From positions 1 to 40,414 of IMG/VR virus record IMGVR_UViG_2917398303_000004: a DNA stretch of 40,414 nt; one strand, 5' to 3'. This document shows, piece after piece, positions 17,666 to 25,948 of the stretch (its first letter is position 1; each line of letters opens with the position of its first letter). Both the position numbers and the translations under genes were made by a program. The notes below the pieces were generated by a model, which did no database searches, was not told the origin of the DNA, and worked only from the letters and a program-made list of their open reading frames with translations. Source of the DNA: a virus. Its lineage: Duplodnaviria > Heunggongvirae > Uroviricota > Caudoviricetes.

Positions 17666-17723
17666 TTACTGTCCTCCAGAAACGAAAAAAACCGCCGCTG
17701 CGGGTTATTAACTGACGTGTTAT

Positions 17724-17996
17724 TTATATAAAAAAAACCTGGTAATCTTTCTTCTTCGCTTCAGGATTAAGTGCCATTAGCGAAACGGCATTAAACAGGG
17801 CCATAAGGGGGTCAATTTTCCCCTTTCCGCTGGCCTGTTTGGTGATGAGGATAGCGTTACCTTTTGGCTCTACTCTGGCGTTGCCTACACACCAGGCCAT
17901 TAATGGCTGTCCACCATGAATAAGCACCTCCCTCTGCAAGCTTGCGCTCTGTTGTCTTAATCGCACCACCAAGTCTCCAGCCCTGGCTGACACCAA
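17724..17996 (-). CDS. Terminase large subunit C-terminal fragment (alternative frame)
   Basis: HGGQPLMAWCVGNARVEPKGNAIL...GKIDPLMA resembles terminase large subunit C-termini. Confidence 0.5.
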   Translation of the reverse strand: MVSARAGDLVVRLRQQSASLQREVLIHGGQPLMAWCVGNARVEPKGNAILITKQASGKGKIDPLMALFNAVSLMALNPEAKKKDYQVFFI

Positions 17997-19383
17997 CCAC
18001 TGAATCTTCAGGTATTTCAGCTTCTACAAGAGCATCAAGAATCTGACCGACACCAGAAGGGTCAATGCCAATTTTATCCAGCAGTTCCGCATCATTAATA
18101 CGGCTGACATATTCAGCGACTTCCTCCGTGTCCTGTCCTACTCGTTTTACGATAGTGAGGTCACCGGCCTTAACGAAATCGTTGAACCTGGATTCCTCGC
18201 TTTTGCGGCGGCGCACAGCTATTTCATGCGCCCAGGCATGGCCCCAGCCAATCCACTCACGGGTTTCTTTGTCACGACCAATAATGTAAAGACCAAGAAG
18301 GTCATCAAGGCCACCACCATCTATCCCAACCGTAGCAACCTCAGCTCTCTGAAGGATATCGCTGAATGTTACCTGCCTAATTTGCGGCTCCCAGAAATCA
18401 ACGCCTGCCCATCGGTCACTGCGGAGGTTCAGACCAATTTCGATATTGAGGTGTTTCGCAAGGAACTGCTGTAATGTGCCGTCTGTTTTGTTCTGGTTCT
18501 TCAGAAGCTGATCGGCAATCCATTCTTCACTTACCGAACGTCCAATATTTGGATTGGTGATGTAGAAATTTTTTGGTTCAAGGTAAGCCTTACTTTCCAC
18601 CATAGAGTCAGGGAATTCATACAGGACGCCGAGTGTTTTAAGGTCATTAATCTTTCCATCTCGCACAGCACGCCAGTAATCAAGGCGTTCTTTGAATACA
18701 CCAGCAGGTGGTTCATCACTTTGTGTAGTCAGGAATATAACCCAGCCTTCGTTGCGAGATACCTGACCACCAAGTGCTTCCATAAACATGGCTTCGGCAT
18801 TAGCTCGCTTGCCAAACAACCAAAGCTCATCAACCAGAATGCGCCCTGACTTTTTACCTGAAACAGTATCGGTGTCAGCTGCTACTACTTTGAGTGTATT
18901 TCGCGTTACTCGGTGTGTGATGGTGCGGATATGGTCCTGAATCTGGAACATATCAGACAGCTCATCATCGGCGCGTATCATCCCGGCAGCAGGTTTAAAA
19001 CTGTTATCTGCAACCTCTTTTGTCGGCGCGAGAATCAGGTGCTCTTCATCTTCACGCCAGCACAGGATTAGCGCGGTCAGCATAATCCCTGCAGCGATGG
19101 TCGATTTTGTGTTCTTTTTCGAGATAAGTAGTCCATATTCGCGGATTAACTGCTTACCAGTCTCTGCTTCATAGCCACCGAAGATGGCATTTACAAAGTC
19201 AAATACCCATTCCTCTGAGCACTCACCAAATGTTGGCTTCCCTGGTAAATCAGAGACGCGTAACTCTTTGAAGATTCCAAGTGCCTGTTCTGCCTGGTCT
19301 GGGAAAATTGGTGGTGGGATGATTGATTGCTTTGCAACCAGAAGAGATTCCCATTCAGGGCAAGCCGTGGTCCATTGAGCCAT
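17857..19383 (-). CDS. Terminase large subunit (frame-disrupted near its 3' end)
   Basis: ATPase and nuclease-like regions; C-terminal terminase sequence continues in ORF 17724-17996 in another frame. Confidence 0.8.
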   Translation of the reverse strand: MAQWTTACPEWESLLVAKQSIIPPPIFPDQAEQALGIFKELRVSDLPGKPTFGECSEEWVFDFVNAIFGGYEAETGKQLIREYGLLISKKNTKSTIAAGIMLTALILCWREDEEHLILAPTKEVADNSFKPAAGMIRADDELSDMFQIQDHIRTITHRVTRNTLKVVAADTDTVSGKKSGRILVDELWLFGKRANAEAMFMEALGGQVSRNEGWVIFLTTQSDEPPAGVFKERLDYWRAVRDGKINDLKTLGVLYEFPDSMVESKAYLEPKNFYITNPNIGRSVSEEWIADQLLKNQNKTDGTLQQFLAKHLNIEIGLNLRSDRWAGVDFWEPQIRQVTFSDILQRAEVATVGIDGGGLDDLLGLYIIGRDKETREWIGWGHAWAHEIAVRRRKSEESRFNDFVKAGDLTIVKRVGQDTEEVAEYVSRINDAELLDKIGIDPSGVGQILDALVEAEIPEDSVVGVSQGWRLGGAIKTTERKLAEGGAYSWWTAINGLVCRQRQSRAKR

Positions 19384-19386
19384 TGA

Positions 19387-19923
19387 TTACCCCTTGTTAT
19401 TAACAACAAGTTTCGGCGGTGCCATTGCCCCAAACTTGCTACCCGTAGCTGCGACCTTCGCGGCGGCATGTCTCGCATCCTTTTTACCGCCTTCTCCTTT
19501 TTTGGGGTGAAGGTATGGCAGCATTGCTTTTGCGGCGTCTTTTCTGACATCTGTCTCTTCTGATACGTCGTTCATCACTGCTTTCAGGAACTCAAGCGGA
19601 TCATCAAATTCCTTCACCGTTCTGTTAACAACTTTTGGCAGTTCATCTGGTTCAGAAACAGCCTGCTCGACAATGACTTCGGCCCCACGTTTTTTACTGA
19701 TAAACGCGATGATATCCGGGTCTTTTGCCAGCCGGGAACCCTGAGACCTCGCGGTTTTCTCGGAGTAACCGGCCTTTCGGGCTGCTTCAGCCTGGGATGA
19801 ACCGGACATCAGCGCTTGTGCGAATTTGCGCTTTTGTCCTGTTAACACGTCAACATCCTCCAAAGGGGAAAATTTTCTGCGCATGAGAGGGGGCGCGGTG
19901 TCCAGCGCGATCGGCGTTGACAC
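19387..19923 (-). CDS. Terminase small subunit
   Basis: 178-aa ORF with helix-turn-helix-like AEAARKAGYSEKTA segment, immediately upstream of terminase large subunit. Confidence 0.7.
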   Translation of the reverse strand: MSTPIALDTAPPLMRRKFSPLEDVDVLTGQKRKFAQALMSGSSQAEAARKAGYSEKTARSQGSRLAKDPDIIAFISKKRGAEVIVEQAVSEPDELPKVVNRTVKEFDDPLEFLKAVMNDVSEETDVRKDAAKAMLPYLHPKKGEGGKKDARHAAAKVAATGSKFGAMAPPKLVVNNKG

Positions 19924-19949
19924 CCACTGATACCCCCCCGGGTGTTTGG

Positions 19950-20318
19950 TCAGAGAATTACGATGCCAGATTGTGATTTATCTTTCGGCACAGAGTGCTT
20001 CAGAGCCTCACCATCAGGCTGGTTCATTGATGCTTCGCGCGATGACTTACCTGAGTGACACTCAATGCACAGAGTCCACAGGTTGCGCTCATCGTTGTCA
20101 CCACCGAACTGTAGAGCTATGCGGTGATCAAGCTCGCTGTCATGAAGGTCAACTACTCGCTTACACATACAGCAGTGACCACCGTCACGAACATAAATAC
20201 GCCGCTTTAGGCTTACCCTTGCGCTACCACTCACACGGCGATGCTCACCATAAACAGGCTTTATTCGGCGTGTGTCGATAGCCTTTAGGCGCGGTTGTAG
20301 TGTCTTTAGCTTAGACAT
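19950..20318 (-). CDS. HNH endonuclease (terminase-associated)
   Basis: CxxC...DH...N...CxxCH motif; GGAGG Shine-Dalgarno 5 nt upstream of ATG at 20318; adjacent to terminase small subunit as in HK97-like phages. Confidence 0.75.
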   Translation of the reverse strand: MSKLKTLQPRLKAIDTRRIKPVYGEHRRVSGSARVSLKRRIYVRDGGHCCMCKRVVDLHDSELDHRIALQFGGDNDERNLWTLCIECHSGKSSREASMNQPDGEALKHSVPKDKSQSGIVIL

Positions 20319-20904
20319 GTAACCTCCATGCTCTACGTCTTTCTGTTCTTGGCTGATTGTCTCTGGCTGGTTCCACTGGCTGTCCGTCAGCGTGGTCAAC
20401 GAGCGAATAGCATGGATAGACAACAGGACCACCGTAAGCATCGCCTACTGCATAGTCTGCTGCTTTGCCGTGATTCCATTTATCCAGAACTCGCTTGATA
20501 TGCTGATGCGGTACGCTGTAGCAGACGCCATGGATCAGGCGTGGAAGTGTGATGTAATCCGTTCTGCTCTTATCTGCTGCGATTAGCTTTGATGCTATAT
20601 CGAGTTGATATTGTGGAGGACGACCAGTACCGAGATAGAAAGAAACCAGCGCATCAGGGAAGCGCTCAATCCACTCAGCGAGTTTGTTGGTGAACCCATC
20701 AACTGGAATTGCATCGTCTTCTAAAATGACCACTCGGCAAGACTGCTCTTCTGCCCATTCAAGAGCACGGCGGTGATTCCAGTTAGCACCGTTATCTCCC
20801 GTGTCGATAAGCAGTAATGCACCTATCGACTCTGCCAGAATTAATGCTTTTTTGTGGCGCAAATGGTGACCAACAACCACAAACTTTACTTGTGCCTCCA
20901 CCAT
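20311..20904 (-). CDS. Hypothetical protein, possible GT-A-like nucleotide-sugar transferase
   Basis: 197 aa; beta-strand/helix start KFVVVGHH and acidic VVILEDD segment suggest a DxD-type fold; overlaps both neighbours. Confidence 0.4.
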   Translation of the reverse strand: MVEAQVKFVVVGHHLRHKKALILAESIGALLLIDTGDNGANWNHRRALEWAEEQSCRVVILEDDAIPVDGFTNKLAEWIERFPDALVSFYLGTGRPPQYQLDIASKLIAADKSRTDYITLPRLIHGVCYSVPHQHIKRVLDKWNHGKAADYAVGDAYGGPVVYPCYSLVDHADGQPVEPARDNQPRTERRRAWRLHV

Positions 20905-22343
20905 GCCAACTCCTTGCCAACGCCTTCAGACTTGAAGATGGTATGAACCTTCGGCCCGGTAATAACCTTGTTGCCAAATGACTTTGCCACCATGCAAAAT
21001 GCACCCATATCAACTTTCGTTTCTGGAGCTTTCTCAATCTTCCAGAAGCGATGGCTTTCAATCAGATAATGCTGACGGATGATACGATGCGCGAACTCCA
21101 TAACGTCTTCACGGCTACCACCTAACAGGCCAGCATTAAGCAGTGGTTCATCGCGATGCTGCTCGATGAAATCGCTATACGCCTTGCCGTGGTGATTAGC
21201 TTTCATCCATTCGTCAGCATACGTCTTGTGCTCTGAGCCAACGTAAATTTTACCCGACTTCATTTCTTCCCATGGCTCTCGCAACATTTCAACGTCAGTA
21301 CCATCAGTGCACCAGACAAGGTGATACTCAGGGTGCGCACGTAGAAACTGATAGATGTGAAGCCAGCGGGCAAAGTATGGGCTCATGTCCACCAGCGGGA
21401 CTTCCCCCAAGCCAGCACCAGTTGGCGATTCTTTTAATTCGTCAGCCAGGACGATCGGTAATGCGCCGGATATTGAGTCAGCCCATGATTGCAAAACCTG
21501 CGGGTCGGGTTTCATCTTCCCGCCGCGCTGTGGGTCTGGCTGGCTTGTGAGTAGCGTCGTAATCACCAGATTTGGGTTTCTGCTGTACGAGGCAAAGCCT
21601 GTATAACCGCTGTCGCGTCGCGTGTTGAAGATGCCAACGTTTCTTTTTACCAGCGCCTCTCGGTCAGGTCGTGGAATTGAGCGCGTGCCCTCTTCGTTCT
21701 CATCCATTGAATGAATCAGTTTTTCAGAGCCGGCCACATCAGCGAACGCCCAGGTCGATAACCCGGCATTGTGAATGCGTAGCGCCAGATCGGGATGCTC
21801 ATACATGCCGCGACCATAAACCGGATCGAAACCGCCAACCTTCACGATCGCGCTGCGGTGGTAATACAACATCACACCGCGTTGTCCGGTGTAAGCGATA
21901 TGCTTATCATCCCGGTACAGCACAGCCATATCATTAAGCTTTCTCGGCCCAGCAAGATCGAGAAACTGGTAAGCCAGGTGCGGCTCGGGGGATTCGATGT
22001 AGGGAAGATGCCAGTTATCAGCGATGGGCCATGCATCATCATCCCATAGGAAGAAATGCTCGCACCCCGCGTCCATAAGTGCTGAAAGGCTGGCGTTCTT
22101 TGATGCAACTATTCCGAGAGATGTTTTATGACGTAGCAACTTCACACCTTCTGGAACTACAGCAGCATGGTTTGAGCCATCATCGATAACAACCACCAGC
22201 GCACCAGATGGAAGATGCTTCATGTGCTGCTCAATAGAGCGTTTAAGCACTTCAGGACGGTTATGGGTTGTTATTGCGATGCCAATTCGCGATGAGTTGG
22301 TGCATTCTGGTACAAAACGCACACCCCCTATTAAGACTTCCAT
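20886..22343 (-). CDS. Family-2 glycosyltransferase domain protein with approx 250-aa C-terminal domain of unknown function
   Basis: N-terminal IGIAITTHNRPEVL...VVVIDDGS...FFLWDDDAWP matches GT2 signature incl. DxD; no TM segments seen. Confidence 0.65.
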   Translation of the reverse strand: MEVLIGGVRFVPECTNSSRIGIAITTHNRPEVLKRSIEQHMKHLPSGALVVVIDDGSNHAAVVPEGVKLLRHKTSLGIVASKNASLSALMDAGCEHFFLWDDDAWPIADNWHLPYIESPEPHLAYQFLDLAGPRKLNDMAVLYRDDKHIAYTGQRGVMLYYHRSAIVKVGGFDPVYGRGMYEHPDLALRIHNAGLSTWAFADVAGSEKLIHSMDENEEGTRSIPRPDREALVKRNVGIFNTRRDSGYTGFASYSRNPNLVITTLLTSQPDPQRGGKMKPDPQVLQSWADSISGALPIVLADELKESPTGAGLGEVPLVDMSPYFARWLHIYQFLRAHPEYHLVWCTDGTDVEMLREPWEEMKSGKIYVGSEHKTYADEWMKANHHGKAYSDFIEQHRDEPLLNAGLLGGSREDVMEFAHRIIRQHYLIESHRFWKIEKAPETKVDMGAFCMVAKSFGNKVITGPKVHTIFKSEGVGKELAWWRHK

Positions 22344-22666
22344 ACACCACCATCAGCAAGATTACGCGTTGCAAGAAAGTCGTTCACCGCACCCCGTAAC
22401 TCTTCTACCTGTTCAACGGTTAATGGCTCACGTGGATGGATCACAAGATGGATCGCGGTAGGTGCGAGAGGGTTATCCAAATTAATGCGCGGTTGGTTTT
22501 CTGAGTGCTCATTACTAAGGTTAAATGTCGCGATAACCTTCGGTATGGCGTTCGGTTCAGTTTCTAATACTGTTGAAGCCTGTCCATCAAGAAGAACACC
22601 ACCTACGGCTATTCCATATCCGAAGAAACGATTACCACGATACAATTTTGCGAGCTGATATTTCAT
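22331..22666 (-). CDS. Hypothetical protein (first gene of glycosyltransferase operon)
   Basis: 111-aa ORF with AAGGA Shine-Dalgarno; 13-nt overlap with downstream GT gene. Confidence 0.5.
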   Translation of the reverse strand: MKYQLAKLYRGNRFFGYGIAVGGVLLDGQASTVLETEPNAIPKVIATFNLSNEHSENQPRINLDNPLAPTAIHLVIHPREPLTVEQVEELRGAVNDFLATRNLADGGVWKS

Positions 22667-22792
22667 GTGCGTTTCCTTTTAGACGTGAGCCTGTCGCACG
22701 GTAACGCCGCCCGAGAGGTAAACGCAACCTAACGGCATTACCCAGGCTCACTACTGAAAGACTCTCTTTGATGTGCGCGTGCGATGCGCATT

Positions 22793-22819
22793 AAAAAAGC
22801 CCCGCTATTGCGAGGCTAT
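22793..22819 (-). terminator. Rho-independent terminator, copy 2 of a 27-bp perfect repeat
   Basis: AAAAAAGCCCCGCTATTGCGAGGCTAT on + strand; hairpin plus T6 on minus strand; identical to 24161-24187. Confidence 0.55.
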
Positions 22820-22836
22820 TTGTTAAGGGGACTTGC

Positions 22837-23091
22837 TTAGTTAATGCTTAAAATTTCCACAGCTTGTCTTATTTGCCTTGAATCTAGGTCTTCAATATCA
22901 GTAGCCACCAAATAGAAGGATGATTCGCCAGTAAGGGATGTAACGTTAGCTGTAATAATCTCTAATTCAACCTCAGTATCATCGGAAAGCATCCAGTTGA
23001 TAGAGCTAAGTCCATCACCTACGTTGATAACCTCAGGTTTTTTACCCTTAAGAATTAAAATGACACTTTTCATATAATTTCTCTGTTCCAT
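22837..23091 (-). CDS. Hypothetical protein (AT-rich)
   Basis: 84-aa ORF inside repeat-bounded cassette. Confidence 0.45.
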   Translation of the reverse strand: MEQRNYMKSVILILKGKKPEVINVGDGLSSINWMLSDDTEVELEIITANVTSLTGESSFYLVATDIEDLDSRQIRQAVEILSIN

Positions 23092-23141
23092 GACACTTCA
23101 AAACATTATCACAGGCACTCATTAAATGCCTGCTGTAATGC

Positions 23142-23375
23142 TTAATCGTCGAGTTGAAGAACGCCGTGTTCCTCTGACTCTGAGTAGGCGATTAAACCTT
23201 CATATGCCGGAACAATTTCGCCACTTTCTGATTCAAACTCAGGGATGGTTGAGCGGGCGATGGTATAGAAAGGCTGGCCTTCCTGCTCTGCAAATTCTGC
23301 AAGGGATTTGATCTGCTCTGCTGTCAGAACTAATGCTGTCATTGCTTTATCCTTTAGAGGGTATATCGATTGCAT
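23142..23375 (-). CDS. Hypothetical acidic protein
   Basis: 77-aa ORF inside repeat-bounded cassette. Confidence 0.45.
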   Translation of the reverse strand: MQSIYPLKDKAMTALVLTAEQIKSLAEFAEQEGQPFYTIARSTIPEFESESGEIVPAYEGLIAYSESEEHGVLQLDD

Positions 23376-23437
23376 TATCCGCTTACGGGGATAATCATTA
23401 TCAAGCCCACCAGCAGATGAGCTTTGTAATGGTCAAA

Positions 23438-24004
23438 TCAGGTGCGGGTTAATTTGCCTTTTCCCGTGTCAGCCAGCCAGAATTCAATCAGTACATTGGC
23501 CTCATCGACCAGAGTTTTGATTTTCGATACATGGGCAGCCTTCACTCCCTTCCACTCATTCAGTCCAGTGCCAAAAAGGCTGGCAATCCCTTTATCGCGC
23601 TTCATGTCCATGCACGCCTGATTGAGTTCTTGCATCACGCTGGACTTGCGGGGATTAACCGCGACACCTTTCGTCCAGTATTCATAGAGTACGTCGTCGC
23701 ATTCATCCTGATACTGGATCACCTTATCGCGGATTTCTGGATTTACTTTGTTGGGGCTGATGGTTTGGAGCCAGCCAGCAAGTTTACGCAGGGGTAGACA
23801 GACCATTTTTCGTGTTTTGCCATCGTCTGCAACCATAGGGATTTCCTCTACAGTTGAGCTAAAGCGTTTTCTTAACTTCGTTAGCTGCCCCATCCAGTCC
23901 ATTCCCATACCCTTAACAATGGGCTTCATCGGGGTATAAGGTTCACCATTATGGTTAACAACATAGAGTGCGCTGCCGTGGAACGGCACGGTAATGGTAT
24001 TCAT
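23438..24004 (-). CDS. Antirepressor-like protein (P22 Ant N-terminal domain type)
   Basis: ITVPFHG...NGEPY...CLPLRKLAGWLQTI...QYQDECDDVLYEYW resembles P22 antirepressor N-domain; AAGG Shine-Dalgarno upstream of ATG at 24004. Confidence 0.55.
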   Translation of the reverse strand: MNTITVPFHGSALYVVNHNGEPYTPMKPIVKGMGMDWMGQLTKLRKRFSSTVEEIPMVADDGKTRKMVCLPLRKLAGWLQTISPNKVNPEIRDKVIQYQDECDDVLYEYWTKGVAVNPRKSSVMQELNQACMDMKRDKGIASLFGTGLNEWKGVKAAHVSKIKTLVDEANVLIEFWLADTGKGKLTRT

Positions 24005-24160
24005 TGCGTTTGCCTTACTTTGAAATGAACCTTCGCCGCAATAGAAATCAGCCCACCGAAGGCTCGCCAGCACTAACTGACTTCTTCGAAGGCTCATATC
24101 AAAGGGTTCGGATTCGGTGTGGTTAGTTGCGCATTGCGGTGCGCGGTGAAATGCAGTTAC

Positions 24161-24187
24161 AAAAAAGCCCCGCTATTGCGAGGCTAT
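24161..24187 (-). terminator. Rho-independent terminator, copy 1 of the 27-bp repeat, overlapping the o-spanin stop codon
   Basis: Same 27-mer as 22793-22819. Confidence 0.55.
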
Positions 24188-24400
24188 AGTTTCTTTCTGG
24201 CAGTTCGCCTGCCACGCTTTGTTATGCGCCAGAATGTCGCGCTTCGTCTGCTTATCCAGCACGTCGATATCGTTGTCGGTCAGATAGATAATTCTGGTCC
24301 ACAAACACCCGGTATCAACCACCACCGGGGCGGGTGAAGTTTTCGCGCAGCTCGCGATCAACATCGTCATCAGGCATATGGTTAACACTCTGCTGTACAT
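24173..24400 (-). CDS. o-spanin (Rz1-like outer-membrane lipoprotein)
   Basis: Signal peptide with LIASC lipobox, embedded in the +1 frame of the i-spanin gene. Confidence 0.6.
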   Translation of the reverse strand: MYSRVLTICLMTMLIASCAKTSPAPVVVDTGCLWTRIIYLTDNDIDVLDKQTKRDILAHNKAWQANCQKETIASQ

Positions 24401-24593
24401 TGCTGGCCTCTCTGGTGACTTCTGCCTGACGTTCCGCCACTGCAACCTTCGCCGCTGCGTTTTCTTCAGTGCGTTGTCGATCGGCTTTCGCTTCTGCTTT
24501 GCTGGTTCCGCTAATATGGCCAAGACCAAAACCACCGGCAGCGGCAACACAGATAGCACCAATAACACCGATGATGATTTCTACTATGCTCAT
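24315..24593 (-). CDS. i-spanin (Rz-like)
   Basis: N-terminal TM helix then charged coiled-coil; ATGA overlap with endolysin stop. Confidence 0.65.
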   Translation of the reverse strand: MSIVEIIIGVIGAICVAAAGGFGLGHISGTSKAEAKADRQRTEENAAAKVAVAERQAEVTREASNVQQSVNHMPDDDVDRELRENFTRPGGG

Positions 24594-25201
24594 GCAATCA
24601 CCGCTTTCGCTTTGGTGTAACGAACACACCTGTCGTTAATGCCGTTCTGACCGCCATTGATAATCTGAGTGATGCGCGCCAGGTCATCGGTGTACTTCAG
24701 ACAACCTTTGGAGACGTAGAACCATGCAGCAGAACGTGCAGCATTAATGTCTTTCTCCAGCAGTTCAGGGTTAGTAACCAGGTCAAGCTTCAGACCATTG
24801 CCGCAATCGCGGTAATTAGTGAGACCGGTAATCTGAATTAACCCGCGTCCACGGTATTTCCAGCCATAACCAGCAGCTTTGTTACCAAGACGGTTGCTGT
24901 ATACCAGGTTTGCGATAGCTTCCTGACTTGCTGGCTTACCGTTCGCACGCCCAAGCATTGATGCCTGATAGTTCGTTGCCCGGCGTCCAAACGTAGTCAG
25001 TAATGCAGCAGGCGTGTAGTTGAAGTTCTCCACCAGCGCAGAGAATCCCGCTGATTCATGGCCTGCCTGAGCAATGAACATCGCCTTATCTTTTGGCTCA
25101 GTGATGCCAAACTCTTTCATTGCATCCGTAATCGGCTGAAACCAGCGCGCAGCTAACCCGGCGCTAATAACAGCCGCCTGTTGAAATTGTGATTGGTTCA
25201 T
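24590..25201 (-). CDS. Endolysin, glycoside hydrolase family 19 (chitinase-like lysozyme)
   Basis: AQAGHESAGF and YRGRGLIQITG motifs of GH19 lysozymes. Confidence 0.85.
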   Translation of the reverse strand: MNQSQFQQAAVISAGLAARWFQPITDAMKEFGITEPKDKAMFIAQAGHESAGFSALVENFNYTPAALLTTFGRRATNYQASMLGRANGKPASQEAIANLVYSNRLGNKAAGYGWKYRGRGLIQITGLTNYRDCGNGLKLDLVTNPELLEKDINAARSAAWFYVSKGCLKYTDDLARITQIINGGQNGINDRCVRYTKAKAVIA

Positions 25202-25458
25202 TAGTGCCTCAGAGCATCAATAAGACGCGCCACGTTTCCCCGAGCCCAAAGCACGGCGGCGCATATCAGGATGTTAACGATGACCACCAGCCAGTGTGAT
25301 TCCAGGTATAGGCCGAACAGATAGCGGAACGGGATGCTGGCATAAACCAGCACCGTGAAATAAGCGAGAAGAGAAACTATCGGGCGATGTCAGGCACCGC
25401 CACGCTGGTAAAACATCAGAGTAAGAACGATGATCGCGCTAATGCCCGCATTGATCAT
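25201..25458 (-). pseudogene. Holin-like small membrane protein interrupted by in-frame TGA (25390-25392)
   Basis: Own translation: MINAGISAIIVLTLMFYQRGGA-stop-HRPIVSLLAYFTVLVYASIPFRYLFGLYLESHWLVVIVNILICAAVLWARGNVARLIDALRH; TAATG overlap with endolysin start. Confidence 0.35.
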
Positions 25459-25468
25459 CGCTGAAGGA

Positions 25469-25864
25469 TCACTTGTTACCATTGCCGGTCCCTCCACCAC
25501 GTAAACGCGAGAGAATTCCAAACAGGCTACCCAAATCCTGGCTGTTGACGAAAGTCAACAGCTTAATAGCAATTGCGGCAACGATTACCGCGCCCAGCGC
25601 ATCAAGTGGTCTGTCGCTATACCCCGTCCATTTGGAGAAGAAGGAGCCAAGCAGTGGCGCGCCAATAACGCCGAAGATGAATGAGGTGATGAAGTAGCCA
25701 GTCAGCTTAAGGCGGCTGATATTAACCGCCGTAGCGACGTAGAATACCGCGCCAGCGAATGCGCCAAACACAACACCATAATCAATACCGGTTGCGATAC
25801 CAAAAACACTGGCTCCCATAAGGCCACCAGCGGCAACCGTAGTGCCAGAAACAGGATCGGACAT
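25469..25864 (-). CDS. Multi-TM membrane protein, putative holin
   Basis: 131 aa, 3-4 predicted hydrophobic helices, first gene of lysis block. Confidence 0.45.
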   Translation of the reverse strand: MSDPVSGTTVAAGGLMGASVFGIATGIDYGVVFGAFAGAVFYVATAVNISRLKLTGYFITSFIFGVIGAPLLGSFFSKWTGYSDRPLDALGAVIVAAIAIKLLTFVNSQDLGSLFGILSRLRGGGTGNGNK

Positions 25865-25948
25865 TTAGCCCCCTCTTATTGCCGTGAGTCCTCTCAAAAC
25901 GAGGGGAATAAAAAAGGCCGCCTTCAGGCAGCCTTCTAGTGAAAATAA

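Noticed and set aside
17680-17706. Rho-independent terminator between terminase large subunit and protease genes
   Set aside because: There is a T-run, but I could not fold a clean stem of at least 5 bp with a plausible loop.
19915-19950. cos site at the inverted repeat ACACCC-N14-GGGTGT upstream of the terminase small subunit gene
   Set aside because: Location is plausible, but sequence alone gives no way to identify cohesive-end cleavage positions.
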